Shown in pieces: positions 42,554 to 58,205 of a stretch of DNA of 64,000 nucleotides. Every line of letters begins with the position of its first letter. Position 1 is the stretch's first letter. The DNA comes from Eledone cirrhosa (Eukaryota). The DNA lies in assembly GCA_964016885.1 (NCBI GenBank), contig OZ024741.1, positions 183,892,001 to 183,956,000 of the forward strand. The letters are read 5' to 3'. Position numbers and translations under genes: made by a program. Below the pieces are notes generated by a model that had not been told where the DNA came from, did not search any database, and saw only the letters and a program-made list of their open reading frames with translations.

Positions 42554-43796
42554 ATACATGCATACATACATGCATACATGCATACATACATGCGTACATA
42601 CATATACACACACACACATATATAGATACATACACACACATACCTGCATATATATATATACATAGAAATAGCGAGAGAAAGTACGTGAGTGGGAGAGAGA
42701 AAGAGAGAGAGAGAGAGAGGGGGGAGATAGTGACAGAAAAAAAAATCCGAATATAAAGTCAATTACAGCATGCCATTTCATTGCCTTGAAGACACTTACA
42801 AGACTGACCTCTATTTTGTTCCTCTTTATTCTCATTGTATGCCGTGTTGTAAATCACTATTCATACCCTGTGGCTTATAAATCCAACAGACGTTCCTTTT
42901 TTTCTTTTGCAGCGTTACATAAACTCCAGAAAGGAGAATTTGGCTGCAAGGGAATAGTCAGATTAAACAATGAATGAACTGGATTCTTTTCCTTCATTTT
43001 TATGTTTTTCGTTTCAATCTCTTATCGCCGACCCTCACGTCCCAGCTAATGCTTCGACTCACCATTTATCAGGTCATTTCATCCAAACACAAACTTAACA
43101 ATTAGTACTCTTTCTCCCTTCTCCTTTATTTCACTTTCTCTTTGCTATACTTTTTTGTCTCTCTATTTCTCTCCCATTCTCTCTGTTCTGTTTCTCCATT
43201 ATCTGTCTCAAACGCTTCGAGAAATTTCATCGCCGTCAATACCTTATGAATGCCACACATATATATATTTAGGAAAACACACACGCGAGCGCAAGAACAC
43301 TCACTTGTACACATATTCACAACATATAAGCCCGCACACAGAAATTGTGTTAACTTAAGTGATATGTACTAAATTAATTTCTTATGTAACCTTATCAAAC
43401 TTCTCTTCACTTTTACTTTCTGCAATCTCTGGTTAGTGATTTTGCCGTGTCTAATTTTATGGCCTCTTTACATAATTATATTCGAAGATATACATATATA
43501 CATTCACGCACAGTTATATAGACACATACACATCTAAGCGTGTAAACATGTCTTATCTAAATACTTCTTGGCAAATTGAAAAATATTAACTGATGAGACC
43601 ATCATCAGAAATTATCAACATCTCTCACAATCCATAAAGAAATACGTAACCCAAAGCTTTATAAACCTATCAAATGGTGCAGCAGTAAATCCCTGCATAT
43701 TGTTGGTGCTTACGGTGACAGCTAATTCAATTTACTATCTATCAGTACGTAAAGATAATTTCCTCTCGTCCATTCACCTCCTCCGCCTTCTCCTTC

Positions 43797-43857
<61 letters not shown>

Positions 43858-44875
43858 TACTACTTAGTACAACTCAACTTTATCCCATCATCATGTTTCA
43901 CAATCAGCCACTTGGAATGGTATTTTATTTTGTTGACACCCAAAGGGGCAAAAGACAATATTGACCTCAGTTGGATTTGAACTCAAAGCACAGACAGGCT
44001 TACAAGAACGTCTAACTAGTCGCCCCCTCCACTAAAGTTCGAGGACTCTCGTCTATATTAAAACTACAGTTTCAAGGATTACAGTATCGGGAATAATCGG
44101 AATTATTAGTAAATGGAACAAAATGCCTTGCGGTATTAATCGTTGTCATCATCATCATCGTCATTATTACCCTAATAACCAGCACCACTACCACAACCAC
44201 CACCACCACCACCACCACCGCCGCCGCCACCGCTACCGCCACCATCACCACCACTGCCGCCGCCGCCGCCATCACCACCATCACCATCACCATCACCAAG
44301 ATGTATATTTATTTCAAAGAGAAGTGTTTGAGAACAATAAGATGATAATTAATCTATGAGACATCTGGTATGTTAAAACCAATTATTCTATTGTAACTGT
44401 AAGTAAATCACATAATACGAGGCTAATTCATGTATGATTATGGACAATTTACTTCTTTAAAGCATACATCTTCCTCAACCACATGAAATGCATTTTCATG
44501 CCCGTCAGGTACACACAGTACTGTCTTCTAATCGTATTTTCCGTTTTCGCAAATGTTCTTAATACATTAATTTACAAAGTGATTGTTCTACAAAGCTTGT
44601 GTGCCATTCACAGTAATTGTCTTTAATAATTTGTCGAAATGGTTGAGACTGACGTGTTTATATTATTTTTTATATTTTTACTATCGAAGTTGTTAGCAAT
44701 TAATCGGCAGCTGGTCGAGTTAATAGAATATATACTGATGACCAGCAAATCCACAGTTCGCATCTTTGACGACTTCTGTATTGGGTCCATGACTATGGTA
44801 CTTTCGCAAAATGTTGGTGTTGAAGGCGTATTGCATTTTGATATGGTAAAGTTTTCCAATGGTTCATTCTTGCCA

Positions 44876-45105
44876 TAAATAATAAACACACTGGTTATAT
44901 CTCATTTTATTATTTTATCAGGATCATCAAAAATATGTTTTCCCCAAACTTTCCATGGCCTCCTCGATTAAAATCAAAATCATTTCAAGAAAGAATTTTA
45001 ATTGAGAAGGCCATAGAAAGAGTAGCGAAAATACATCTTTCCTCAATCTGGATGTAGATAAAAAAATAAAAAAATGAAACGTAATTAGTGCGTGTGTTAT
45101 TTATA
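44876..45105. repeat. Old imperfect fold-back, possibly a decayed MITE
   Basis: CTTTCCATGGCCTCCTCGATTAAAAT versus ATTTTAATTGAGAAGGCCATAGAAAG, with weaker complementarity extending outwards. Confidence 0.5.
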
Positions 45106-46403
45106 TCACAATGACCCTTCGAGCTACAACGAAATCTTTTCACTTTTTCAACATGCGGCTTCATTTATATTAATGAAATATTTTTCGAAATTCATCGAAA
45201 CGTTTCTTCTGTGATTTAATTCATCAGTATGACAAGAAAAACACATCAATATCAACGGCATTGTCCACCCAGCTGTGAAGAGTTATCACGGTTAAATAAC
45301 GTCTACCGTTGTTATCAGCAGGAGTATTGTAGAATTGTTGAATGTCATGTTAGCTTGCAATGCGTGTTTAATTTCCTCATATTGATATAGATAGCTTGAG
45401 GGGTGATACTCTGTCAGTCACACTTACTCTAGTTACCTATTGTATTGCACATATAGATAAAGTGGCTTGCCTTCACCAGCTCCTGCCCTCCGATGATAAT
45501 GCTCTTAGGTTGTGCAACTTAGCTGAAGCCAGAGTTAGTTGATAAGGAACTTCAATTTCCTGGTGATAATTTCCGGTGAATTATCTATCAGCATACCATA
45601 TCACCGAAAGCCATACGACCCACCCGTATTTTCTTTTCTTCACTCAGAAGTTTATCTTGTTTTTAATTTAGATTTTGCTTTAAGCAATCGCCTTCTAGGC
45701 AGAAGAGTGTGTAAATAAAAGTAAAAATATAACGAAACAGTAGTTTTGTACAACCATAACTGCTTTAAATGGTGGTGATGAAAATGATGATAACAACTAT
45801 GATGATGATGATAATAACAATGGTGATGGTGATAATGGGGTTGATGATGATGTTGATGGTGGGGAGGATGGTGATGATGATGGGGAGGGTCGTAATGGTG
45901 ATGATCATGAAATGGGGGAAGAGGGGTAGGTTTCAATGGAGCAGCATTCACGGCGTGGTACCATATTCGAAGAAGAATGTAAATTGCACAACTAAAATTG
46001 CACAACTAAAATTGCCCAAGTCACAGTCCTCAAGGCTAATGCCCCCCCACCAACCCCGAAGTTTCAAGTCCCAAATCAATCTGAATTGAAACCAATTAAC
46101 TTCAGCTGGAATTGCAAAATTGAACTTCTACTAGAGCAAAGGAAAAAAACAACAAAAGAAAAGTAAGCAAAGAAACAAAACAAACAACGAAAACACATAG
46201 TACATCAATGCAATTTCTATTGGAACAACAATAACATTTATTGGAACAACATAAACATCTATTGGGGCAACAAAAACGACAACCACAACAATAATTTCAA
46301 TTGGAGCAACACCAACTACACCAACGACCTCTATAGGGACAACAACAACAAGAACCTAAGGGAGATAATTCCCTGCCTTCTCTCCTTACTAAATCTTATG
46401 ATC

Positions 46404-46655
46404 ATAATTGTTTCTACTTTTTGGCACAAGGCCAGCAATTACCCAGTGCATTACTGGTACTTTATTTTATCGACCCTGTAAGGATGAAAGGCAAAGTTAA
46501 CCTCGGTGGGATTTGAACTCAGTCATAATAAAGGTTTCTGATTGAGGCACAAGGCCTGAAATTTGTGGTGGGGAAATTCGATTGTTTCGACTCCAGTATT
46601 TGACTGGTACTTTATTTTATTGAGTCCGGAAGAATGGAAAGCAGAGTTGACCTCT
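46404..46655 (-). mobile_element. Two truncated SINE copies
   Basis: 46404-46522 young short variant; about 46527-46655 older copy. Confidence 0.8.
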
Positions 46656-47298
46656 ACTTTAAACCAACACCACCGCCAACACCACCACCACCACCACCAC
46701 CAAAACCGCCAACACTACCACCACCACCACCATGACCACCAACAACAACAGCACATCATCATCATTATCATAATCATCATCCTCATCACTACTTAATACA
46801 ACTTAACTTTATCCCATTATCGCGTTTCTCAAAAGCTGGATTTCATTTTGTTTACATAAAACGTTCCACCATTTTCTCTCTTACTCTTAATCCATTCAAC
46901 TTCGTTCTATTTCACTAATAAAACAGCTAACAACAATAATAAAGTCGACGACAACAACAACAGCAACAATAAGAATAATGGCGACGACGATGATGACGAC
47001 CATGTCGACTACGACCACAAGCCAGTGTTCAAGCCTCTACATGGTTCCTCGTTCTGCGAGGAAACCAGCCAAATCTTCATCAAATCACATCCTACAGTTT
47101 TTTTTAAACTGAACACATTAATTAATCCAGTACTAGATACACTACGCCTACAAAAAAAAAACAAAGAGAAAAAACAGGATGGTCATGACTGGAACATGAC
47201 GGCTCATGGGTGTTAAAAAACAAAACAACATCGATAGTAGTAGCAGCAGCAGCAGCAACGTAAACAACAAATAATAAAAACGCAGTGTTGTTTCAGTT

Positions 47299-47780
47299 CA
47301 GTGGTTCTAAAGCTTTCTCAGATATTTTCCCCTCTATCAGATCACAATCCCGACCCCTTCATCACACATGATAGGAAAAAATTAGTTTTGTATACAACAC
47401 AATTTCTCACGCAACATTAACATCCTTAAATTAATTTAACATTAGCAGTCATGTTTACAGCACAATTTATTACATAATATTAACAGCATTATATTAATTT
47501 AACTTTTGAAGATGTATATATAGCATAATTTATTAGGTAACATTAACAACCGTAAATTAATTTTACGTTAGTAGACTTGTATCAAATGCAATTTATTACA
47601 TATGAGTTGAAGATTAGCTTACATAAAGTCAAAATTAAGGAAAATAATTATAGCCAAAACAATCTAAATAAAGAATTTTTCAGCCAAAATACAATTTCCT
47701 CACAGAAAAACCCTAAATTTCCGACCGGAATCATGAAATTTCACCCTCGATGAGAACATTTCCCCAGGTTAAAAATTCTG
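47299..47780. mobile_element. Possible decayed hAT MITE
   Basis: Ends CAGTGGTTCTAAAGCT... and ...CCCCAGGTTAAAAATTCTG resemble Charlie-type TIRs; no clear TSD. Confidence 0.35.
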
Positions 47781-48348
47781 TACAATGATCCCAATCTAAA
47801 CATGTTATTGTTAAGTCTATTCCTGTGCACTCGATAGTGGTGTTGATTGCTGCTATCATTGCTGTTGTTTAGACCCAAATCAGTCTTTATTAAACTGACC
47901 TATGGAAGACATTCCAGCCATGACTATCCAGCCATTTGTTCATATATTTTATCAAGATGAGATGGCAGTGTTGTTGAGGTTGATTGGGCAACTATTTTTT
48001 AGCGGACAAAATGAATACATACTGGCTCCCTCGTTATACCGAGCACGTGGTGTGATCTGGACTCTGACTGAGATATGTCCATCTTATTTAGAAGTAAAAT
48101 TTGCAATCATGAAATCTCAGATTCAATTCTACTGCATGGTATCTAAATCATTTTACAATAGGCTTCTATTGACCTGAGACTTTTGCTGGAAATTTGGCAG
48201 AGATAAACTGTGTTGAAGCCTGTTGAATGAATATACCTGTAATTCAAAAGTCTAGCTTTGTCACATACTGTATCGCGTTGATTTTTACTAAGGATTACAT
48301 TGACGGTTCCTCCGGCTGTGGGATACCTTGGAATTTACGGAATATAAT

Positions 48349-48531
48349 TGTTTCTACTTTTTGGCACAAGGCCAACAATTATCCCACTGTATTACTGGTA
48401 CTTTATTTTATCGACCTCGTAAGGATGAAAGGCAAAGTAAACTTCGGCGGGTTTTGAACTCAGATCGTAAAGGGGCGTAACTATGTCCCTTTACGATCTG
48501 AGTTCAAATCCCGCCGAGGTTAACTTTGTTT
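48349..48531 (-). mobile_element. SINE with a 5' fold-back duplication and a 15-bp TSD
   Basis: TTTACGGAATATAAT at 48334-48348 and 48532-48546; internal hairpin 48433-48528. Confidence 0.85.
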
Positions 48532-49216
48532 TTTACGGAATATAATGCCAAATAGACTGTACCTATAATTCCAACGTCCAGCTAGGTCACATATGTGTGT
48601 CACATTGATTCTACACAGGGATTAGGTTAAGGAAACCTGCCTCTGTTCTTCTAGTACTCAGCCAAATACATTGTTTAGGTAGTTCAATTGATCAAACAAC
48701 TGGAATACTCCTCGTCGAAACCGATTGTGATCCCTTTACTTTAATCGAGTGTAGTGGAGTAGTGTGGAGTGGTGTGGAGTGGTGTGAGGATGTACTGTGG
48801 GGGAGGAGGGGAGGAGGACGTTGTGTAGTGTAGTGTGGAATGACGTGGTGTAATATAGTGTGGTGTAGTGTGGAATGGACTGGTGTGGTCTAATATGGAA
48901 TGGTGCGGTGCGGTGCGGTGTGGCGTGGAATGGCGTGATGCGGTGTGGTATGGAAGGAATGGTGTGATGTAGAATTGGTGTGGTGCGGTATGGAATGGTG
49001 TGGCGTGGTGTGGAATGGTGTGGAGTGGTGTGGTGAGGTGTGCGGGGGTGCCTTCCCTGTTTTACAAGTGTCCCTACGACGCGGTGACTTGTGCACTTGT
49101 GTACATTAATTCTAATTAACGCGTTATGTCTGCTCCGAATGCCAACTCCCATGGGGAAAGAGGAAAACGTTGAAAGCCAGGCTTTCTTACGCTTCGATAA
49201 CTTTATTGACAATACA

Positions 49217-52082
<2,866 letters not shown>

Positions 52083-52999
52083 CGTGCATAGATACAAAGA
52101 TATATTAGTACTCATGTACTAATGTGTGCGCCTATATGTGTTTTCGACCTTCTTCGTAACACTCTTTTTCTCTCTTTTTCGCTTTGTCATTGTCTAACAT
52201 AAATTTCCGTCTATCGATGTCACTATATATTTTCTCTACACACCAAAGCCACACCTTCACCACCACGAAACCACCAGCACCATCACCCACCTCACCAAAA
52301 CCACCACAATAACCACCACCACCACCACCACCACCATCACCCACCTCACCAAAACCACGACGACGACGACCACCAACACCACCATCACGACGACCACCAC
52401 CATCACCCACCTCACCAAAACCACCACGACAACCACCACCACCACTACCACCACCACAACACCACCACCATCACCCACCTGACCAAAACCACCATGACAA
52501 CCACCACCACCACCACCACCACCACCACCACCACCACCACCACCACCACCGACACCACCACCATCACCACCACCACCACCAACAACAACAACACCACCAC
52601 CACCACCACCACCAATACCGTCACCACACACCACCATTTCTTTCTCTCATTTTTTTTTAGTTATATCTTCACAAACACACTACGCATGCGCGCTGAATAG
52701 AGACAACCATACATTATATATACCATGATCTCTTTCTCTCAACGTCATTCTCTCTCTTCCTTAGTTTCGCTCTTTTCTTTTAGTTTTATCTGATCCCCCC
52801 ACCACATTTTTATTCTGTATAGTATTTCTTGTTGCTAAGGTCAGATGACTATCACAGCCCCCACCACTACAATTACTGAAGCCAACATTATCATTACCAT
52901 AACCACTTCGACCATGTGCACCACCACAATGACCATCATAATCAACAACCCCAACACAATCATCATAGCCACCATCTACCATCACCACCATCAGGACCA

Positions 53000-53337
53000 C
53001 CAGTGGAAACCTCTGGTGTCCTCGGCCCCAGGGCTACCTCCTTACTCACCACCATAGGCGCTGAGCTGGCCAGCCGTAGGTGTGAGCCCCACGAGTTGGA
53101 GTGGCTTTTCCAGCGCGTCGCCCTTGCCGTCCTCCGGGGAAACGCCTTCTCGATTCTGTCTGCCGGGGCTGTGGGTGGGCCCCATCGCGTACCATTACGT
53201 TAGTTAAATACCATTCTTTCATCTCATACATATATATGTTATGGTATACCTAGTTACATCCCCTTGAATGTTGTAAAACATATTGTCATGTATTGCATTC
53301 AGTGGGTTCAATTACATTTAACTTAATCTGGAATAAA
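53000..53337 (+). mobile_element. CRE-like (restriction-like endonuclease) non-LTR 3' end, copy 1
   Basis: PVETSGVLGPRA...WLFQRVALAVLRGNAFSIL matches the ET.G..G...QR...A..RGNA terminus of CRE-clade elements. Stop at 53203; AATAAA at about 53332. Confidence 0.7.
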
Positions 53338-53417
53338 GTGGTAACGAAATACTGTCACAAGTAAACTCCACTTACAGCCGAAATAAACTACGCCAGCAAA
53401 TATAATTCCCTCAGTTT

Positions 53418-53600
53418 TCAGGCGTACTTAGACCCCGTACAGTTGAGCTCCTCCGCAAGATCGGAACGTCGGCGGCCCATCTGAGGAGGAAGCCCCGCGA
53501 GGTGGGGTGGCTGTTGCAGCAGGTATTGCTGGCTATTATCCGCGGGAATGCTTTTGAGGTCTTGTCCGCGGTGCGCAGCCCCTCCACCGCTGCGTCCTAG
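53418..53600 (+). mobile_element. CRE-like non-LTR 3' end, copy 2 (not in the ORF track)
   Basis: Manual translation SGVLRPRTVELLRKIGTSAAHLRRKPREVGWLLQQVLLAIIRGNAFEVLSAVRSPSTAAS* aligns with copy 1. Confidence 0.7.
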
Positions 53601-53960
53601 GCCCAGAGACCAATTATCCTTCCTCTCCCCCATCCTCATTCTTCTATGACACTAGAGTTTTTGCTATCCCCCCCCCGCCCTTCCCGTTTTTTGTTCTTAT
53701 TTCCGAAGTCAACTATAACAGCTCCATTCCAGACATCACGCTATACTGCATGCACCTAGGTACGACCGTTTAGCAGACAATTCTATAAACCTCATCTGAT
53801 AGCTATAACAATACACTTACACTTCAACGAAGAATATAAAAATACTTTTGTAAATCCTGACCACCACCTCGCAAATATATACTGTATATATATATATTAA
53901 ATAAAAAGTAAAAAAATAAAACTGGTGAAACGAATTACAAATTCTACTAAGAAATGATAA

Positions 53961-55933
53961 CACCGTGTAATAAAAAAAAATGTTTCTCTCTTCCTGGCTT
54001 GTAATCACTTTTTTTGTGTTGTTTAGGTCCCAAATAAAAAAAAAGTGCTATTAAACAGTTAAAAGTTGGGGTTTGTAAAAATTCTAAGCTATTTACTAGA
54101 ATTATTTGTACGTTGTATGTAAGTTTAATTGACTTATGTTAAATTATTTTTTTTATATATGTTTCAGGTTAAATTAAAATTATAAAATAAAGAGTAATAC
54201 CTAAAAGTGCAATAAAGTATAAAATTGTTAAAAAGTGGATTAAAGAGATTTATTAATACTGGGGTACTAGAAAAAGTTCCTCACTTCCCAAACCAAAAAG
54301 AAGTCAATGACTTGGTCAGGGATATGGGTCTGACCAAGTCCAATGCCGAGCTATTCGTCTCCAGGATGAAGCAGTGGAACTTGGTCAAGGAGGAAGTGCA
54401 GGTGACAAGTCAGAGAAGTCGGCATGAAACTTTCTCAGGCTTTTACACTCTTAGGGATGGCCTCTGCTTCTAACATGACGTGCCTGGACTGTTTGAGGTT
54501 ATTGGGGTGCCGTTTGTGCCCAAGGAGTGGCGGCTATTTATAGTCAGCTCCACCACAAGTTTGAAGGCTGTCCTCCACAATGCAAACAAGTTCCCGACAC
54601 TGCCCCTAGCTCATTCAGTCTGCCTGAAGGAAGATTACTACAGTGTGAAAGTCCTCTTGGAAGCTCTGCAATACAACCAGTACAACTGGGAAATCATTGG
54701 AGACTTCAATATGGTGGATTTCCTGCTTGGACTCCAAGGAGGTTTCATCAAATTCCAATGCTTCCTATGCCTTTGGGACAGCAGAGCCACCTCTGACCAC
54801 TACAAAAGAAAGAACTGGGAGCAGCGAACAGAATTTGTAGTTGGGACCCGGAACGTCATGTGGGAGCCAGTAGTTGATCCCAGGGTTGTGCTCATGCCGC
54901 CACTGCACATTAAGTTGGGGTTGATGAAGCAGTTTGTGAAGGCTCGCAATCAAGAATCAGCCGCTTTTAAGTACCTTCTTGAGTTCTTCCCCAAGTTATC
55001 TGAGGCCAAAATCAAAGGTGGAACTTTTGTTGGACCTCAGATAAAGAAGGTGTTTGAGTCTACCGAGTTCTCCAATAAGTTCAATAGGATTGAGAGAACA
55101 GCATGGAACTGTTTCAAGGCAGTTGTTAAGGGCTTCCTGTGCAACTAGCGAGCTGAAAACTACCAGCAACTGGTGCAGGATCTGATAAAGGCTTTTGGCG
55201 CCATGGGATGCAGGATGTCCTTAAACTCCATATGCTGGTCGCTCACCTGGAAAAATTCAAGGACAATATGGGTGCCTACTCAGAAGAACAAGGCGAACGA
55301 TTCCACCAAGATGTGAACGAGATAGAGCGGAGGTACCAGGGCCACTACAATGAAAAAATGATGGGGGACTATATCTGGGGGCTAGTGTGGGAATGCGACC
55401 TGGACAACAACCGCAAATCCAGGAAATCCAGTCATTTCTGACATGTATAAGTTGCTTTATAAGTGTTATTAGTTTTTACTTGTTTGCTTTTGATAAGCTT
55501 GTGTAATAAAATAAATATATACTCTGTTGATTTAATTATATGAACTGATAAATTTAAAAAAAATGTGTTTTTTCTTGAAAAATATGAAAATTTCGAAATA
55601 TCAAACTCCTGACCACAAACCCAAACTTCTGATTAAATAATTGTTTCTACTTTAGGCACAAGGCCAGCAATTACCCAGTGCATTACTGGTACTTTATTTT
55701 ATCGACCCCGTAAGGATGAAAGGCAAAGTCAACCTCGGCGGGATTTGAACTCAGATCGTAAAGGGACGTAACTATGCTGGAAAGCATGGCGTCCGACCTT
55801 CTACCGATACTGCCAATCCACCGCCCTCTTTTTAACTTCTGATTAAATAATAGTGTTTTTTTTATAATAATGGGATATAACAAACCAGTAAATGACATTT
55901 AGAACCGGGGAACAAAAAATATGTAACACGGTG
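53961..55933 (+). mobile_element. Chapaev3-like (CMC superfamily) DNA transposon with both ends and a disrupted transposase
   Basis: Ends CACCGTGT... / ...ACACGGTG, with a 3-bp TSD TAA (53958-60, 55934-36). Transposase pieces 54286-55441 include NDLVRDMGL, WRLFI.SS, GLQGGF.KF.CFLCLWDSR, PPLHIKLGLMKQFVKA and SEEQGERFHQD. There are stops and frameshifts and the N-terminus is missing. Confidence 0.85.
55642..55826 (-). mobile_element. Young full-length SINE nested in the Chapaev3-like element, 18-bp TSD
   Basis: AACTTCTGATTAAATAAT at 55624-55641 and 55834-55851. Confidence 0.93.
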
Positions 55934-56149
55934 TAATGTTTCGAATTTAAAAGCCCAATCACCTATATAGTGGACATGCATGGTCCCATAACTCCTGATG
56001 GAGTCGTAAGGGCGCCGTATTGACATACCGCATTTCTTAGGCATTTTAAGCCTGGTGGAGTCCATTCCACTCCAGGCCTGAGTACAGAAGATTTCTTCTA
56101 GAGATAGATAGACATTGAGAGAGAAGAAATGAGAAAGAGGTATAGAGGA

Positions 56150-56310
56150 AGAATTGACTCCAGTACTAGACTGGTATTTTTTTATCGTCCTCGAAAGGAT
56201 GAAAGGCAAAGTTGAGTTCGTCGGGATTTGAACTCCGTGAGCAGAGAGCTGGCACGAATACCACAAAGCATTCTTTCCGACGTTCTAACCACTTTGCCAA
56301 TTCACCGTAC
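56150..56310 (-). mobile_element. Older SINE copy
   Basis: Central domain and B-box recognisable but diverged. Confidence 0.7.
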
Positions 56311-57014
56311 ATACTTTTAACGAAATGATTTTAGACGCACCCAAATATCATAACCTCAAACTCAATTACATATAAGAAAAGGTCCATCTGATAAAAAAAC
56401 TATGAACAACTCCTGTCACACTGGATATAAGACCAGACTTTGAACAACTCAATAAAGAAAACAAAATATAGAAGAGCCAATCAAATATATTGGTAAATAT
56501 TTATATTCAACATAAACTACCAAACAAACAGTAAACACACTATGTAGCGTAATTAGCAATTTTACGACCACACAACGACAATATCACACATATCACAATA
56601 ACAAATTGAAATAACCTTGGCAACCTCTAAAAGCCCAAACGGGGGAGTACATGAAAAAAAGTGCCTCCAAATGGGGAGAAATGAGGCAAAACGGGGAGAT
56701 TTTATGTAATAAATGCTATTGCCATTTTTACAAAAACGGCGAGATGGGTAGAAATGAGCCAAAACGAGGAGATCTCTCCGTCCGACGGGGAGAGTTGATA
56801 CGTGAATAACACACGTAAAAAAAAAAACAGAAAAAAAAATCAAACGCCCTTCTAAGATACTTTAAAAAAATACACATAATTTTATCAACTTCCTTCCGCC
56901 AGGTAAAAAAAAAGCGAAAATGGGAATCTGAAAACCCAGATGCATCACGGAATTTACACCTAAAACACTTAACATAAACGAATCATTGTATTCAATATCA
57001 TTTATAACCAATCG

Positions 57015-57422
57015 TAATAATTGTTTCTACATTAAGAAAGAAGGCCAGCAATTTGAAGGGAAGGGGAAAGTCGGTTATATCGACCACACTGCATTACTGG
57101 TGCTTAATTTTATCGACCCCGTAAGGATGAAAGGAAAAGCTAACCTCGGTTGGATTTGAACTCAGACAGTAAAGGGCCTTAACTCAATGCCGCTAAGCAT
57201 GGCGTCCGACGCTCTACCGATACTGCCCATCCACACCCTTAATCGTAATAATTGCTTCTACTTTTGGCACAAGGTCAGCAATTATCTCAGTGTATTACTG
57301 GTACTTTATTTTATCGACCCCTTGGGGATGAAAGGCAAAGTTAACCTCGGAGAGATTTAAACTCAGACCGCAAAGGGCCGTAACTCTATGCTACAAATCA
57401 TGGCGTCTGACCCTCTACCACC
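57015..57422 (-). mobile_element. Two tandem SINE copies sharing a triplicated target site
   Basis: AATC(G/A)TAATAATT at 57010, 57241 and 57426 brackets a long and a short variant. Confidence 0.9.
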
Positions 57423-58205
57423 TTTAATCATAATAATTCTATCAGAACGCAAATCAAGACCAATACACCTAACCACAGGTATGATTTGAAAATTTGCCTT
57501 TAGTTGGGTTCACTGAACAATATCAATAAGCGTCAATGGCCTTCGTTGCTGTGTTCGGATGCTCACAACAAACAATAAGCCTAGAGCAAAGGTTCTCAAC
57601 TCATTTCGGCCAAACTTTCGTGATTTCCAGTGGTTAGGTGTATTGGTCTTGAACGCCCTCCTACCCTATTTTTCCATTTTTCAATATACTACTGATTTGG
57701 ATATCAGTAGATTACTAAAAAATTGATTAACAATATTCCAAAGATACCATTGCAGGCAGTTGAGAGTATAAATACATTCCCTGAAAGGAAGTATATAAAT
57801 TTCAAAAAAAGGAACATAAATGTTCTTTTTTATGAATAAGGACCAGTTGAATTTGTTATATTCCCACCAGACGATACTAGCTATTTTGAACATTTATACA
57901 AGAGCAACTCTGTCTATCCAAAGAGTGATCTTATCTGGAAGAAAGTGGCAATTATATCATTTCAAAGCTTTCCAATTTTCCCTTTAATGAAACGGACAGA
58001 ATAAATGTTGATTTATAACTTGATGTCCCCTCTGCTTTGTGAGCTTAGAGACCACGGAAGAGGGTTTTCATGACCATGTAAGAGGGTATATTCATTAGTA
58101 AACGGTAAAATATATACAACAGATGAGTAAGTGAATTGTGGTAGATCGTTTCCAGTCCAGTCAGACTGCAACTACAAAAAAAAATCGACTTACTTTGACC
58201 TCATT

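Noticed and set aside
44623-44889. Short non-repetitive ORFs on both strands
   Set aside because: No recognisable motifs, codon pattern or splice structure.
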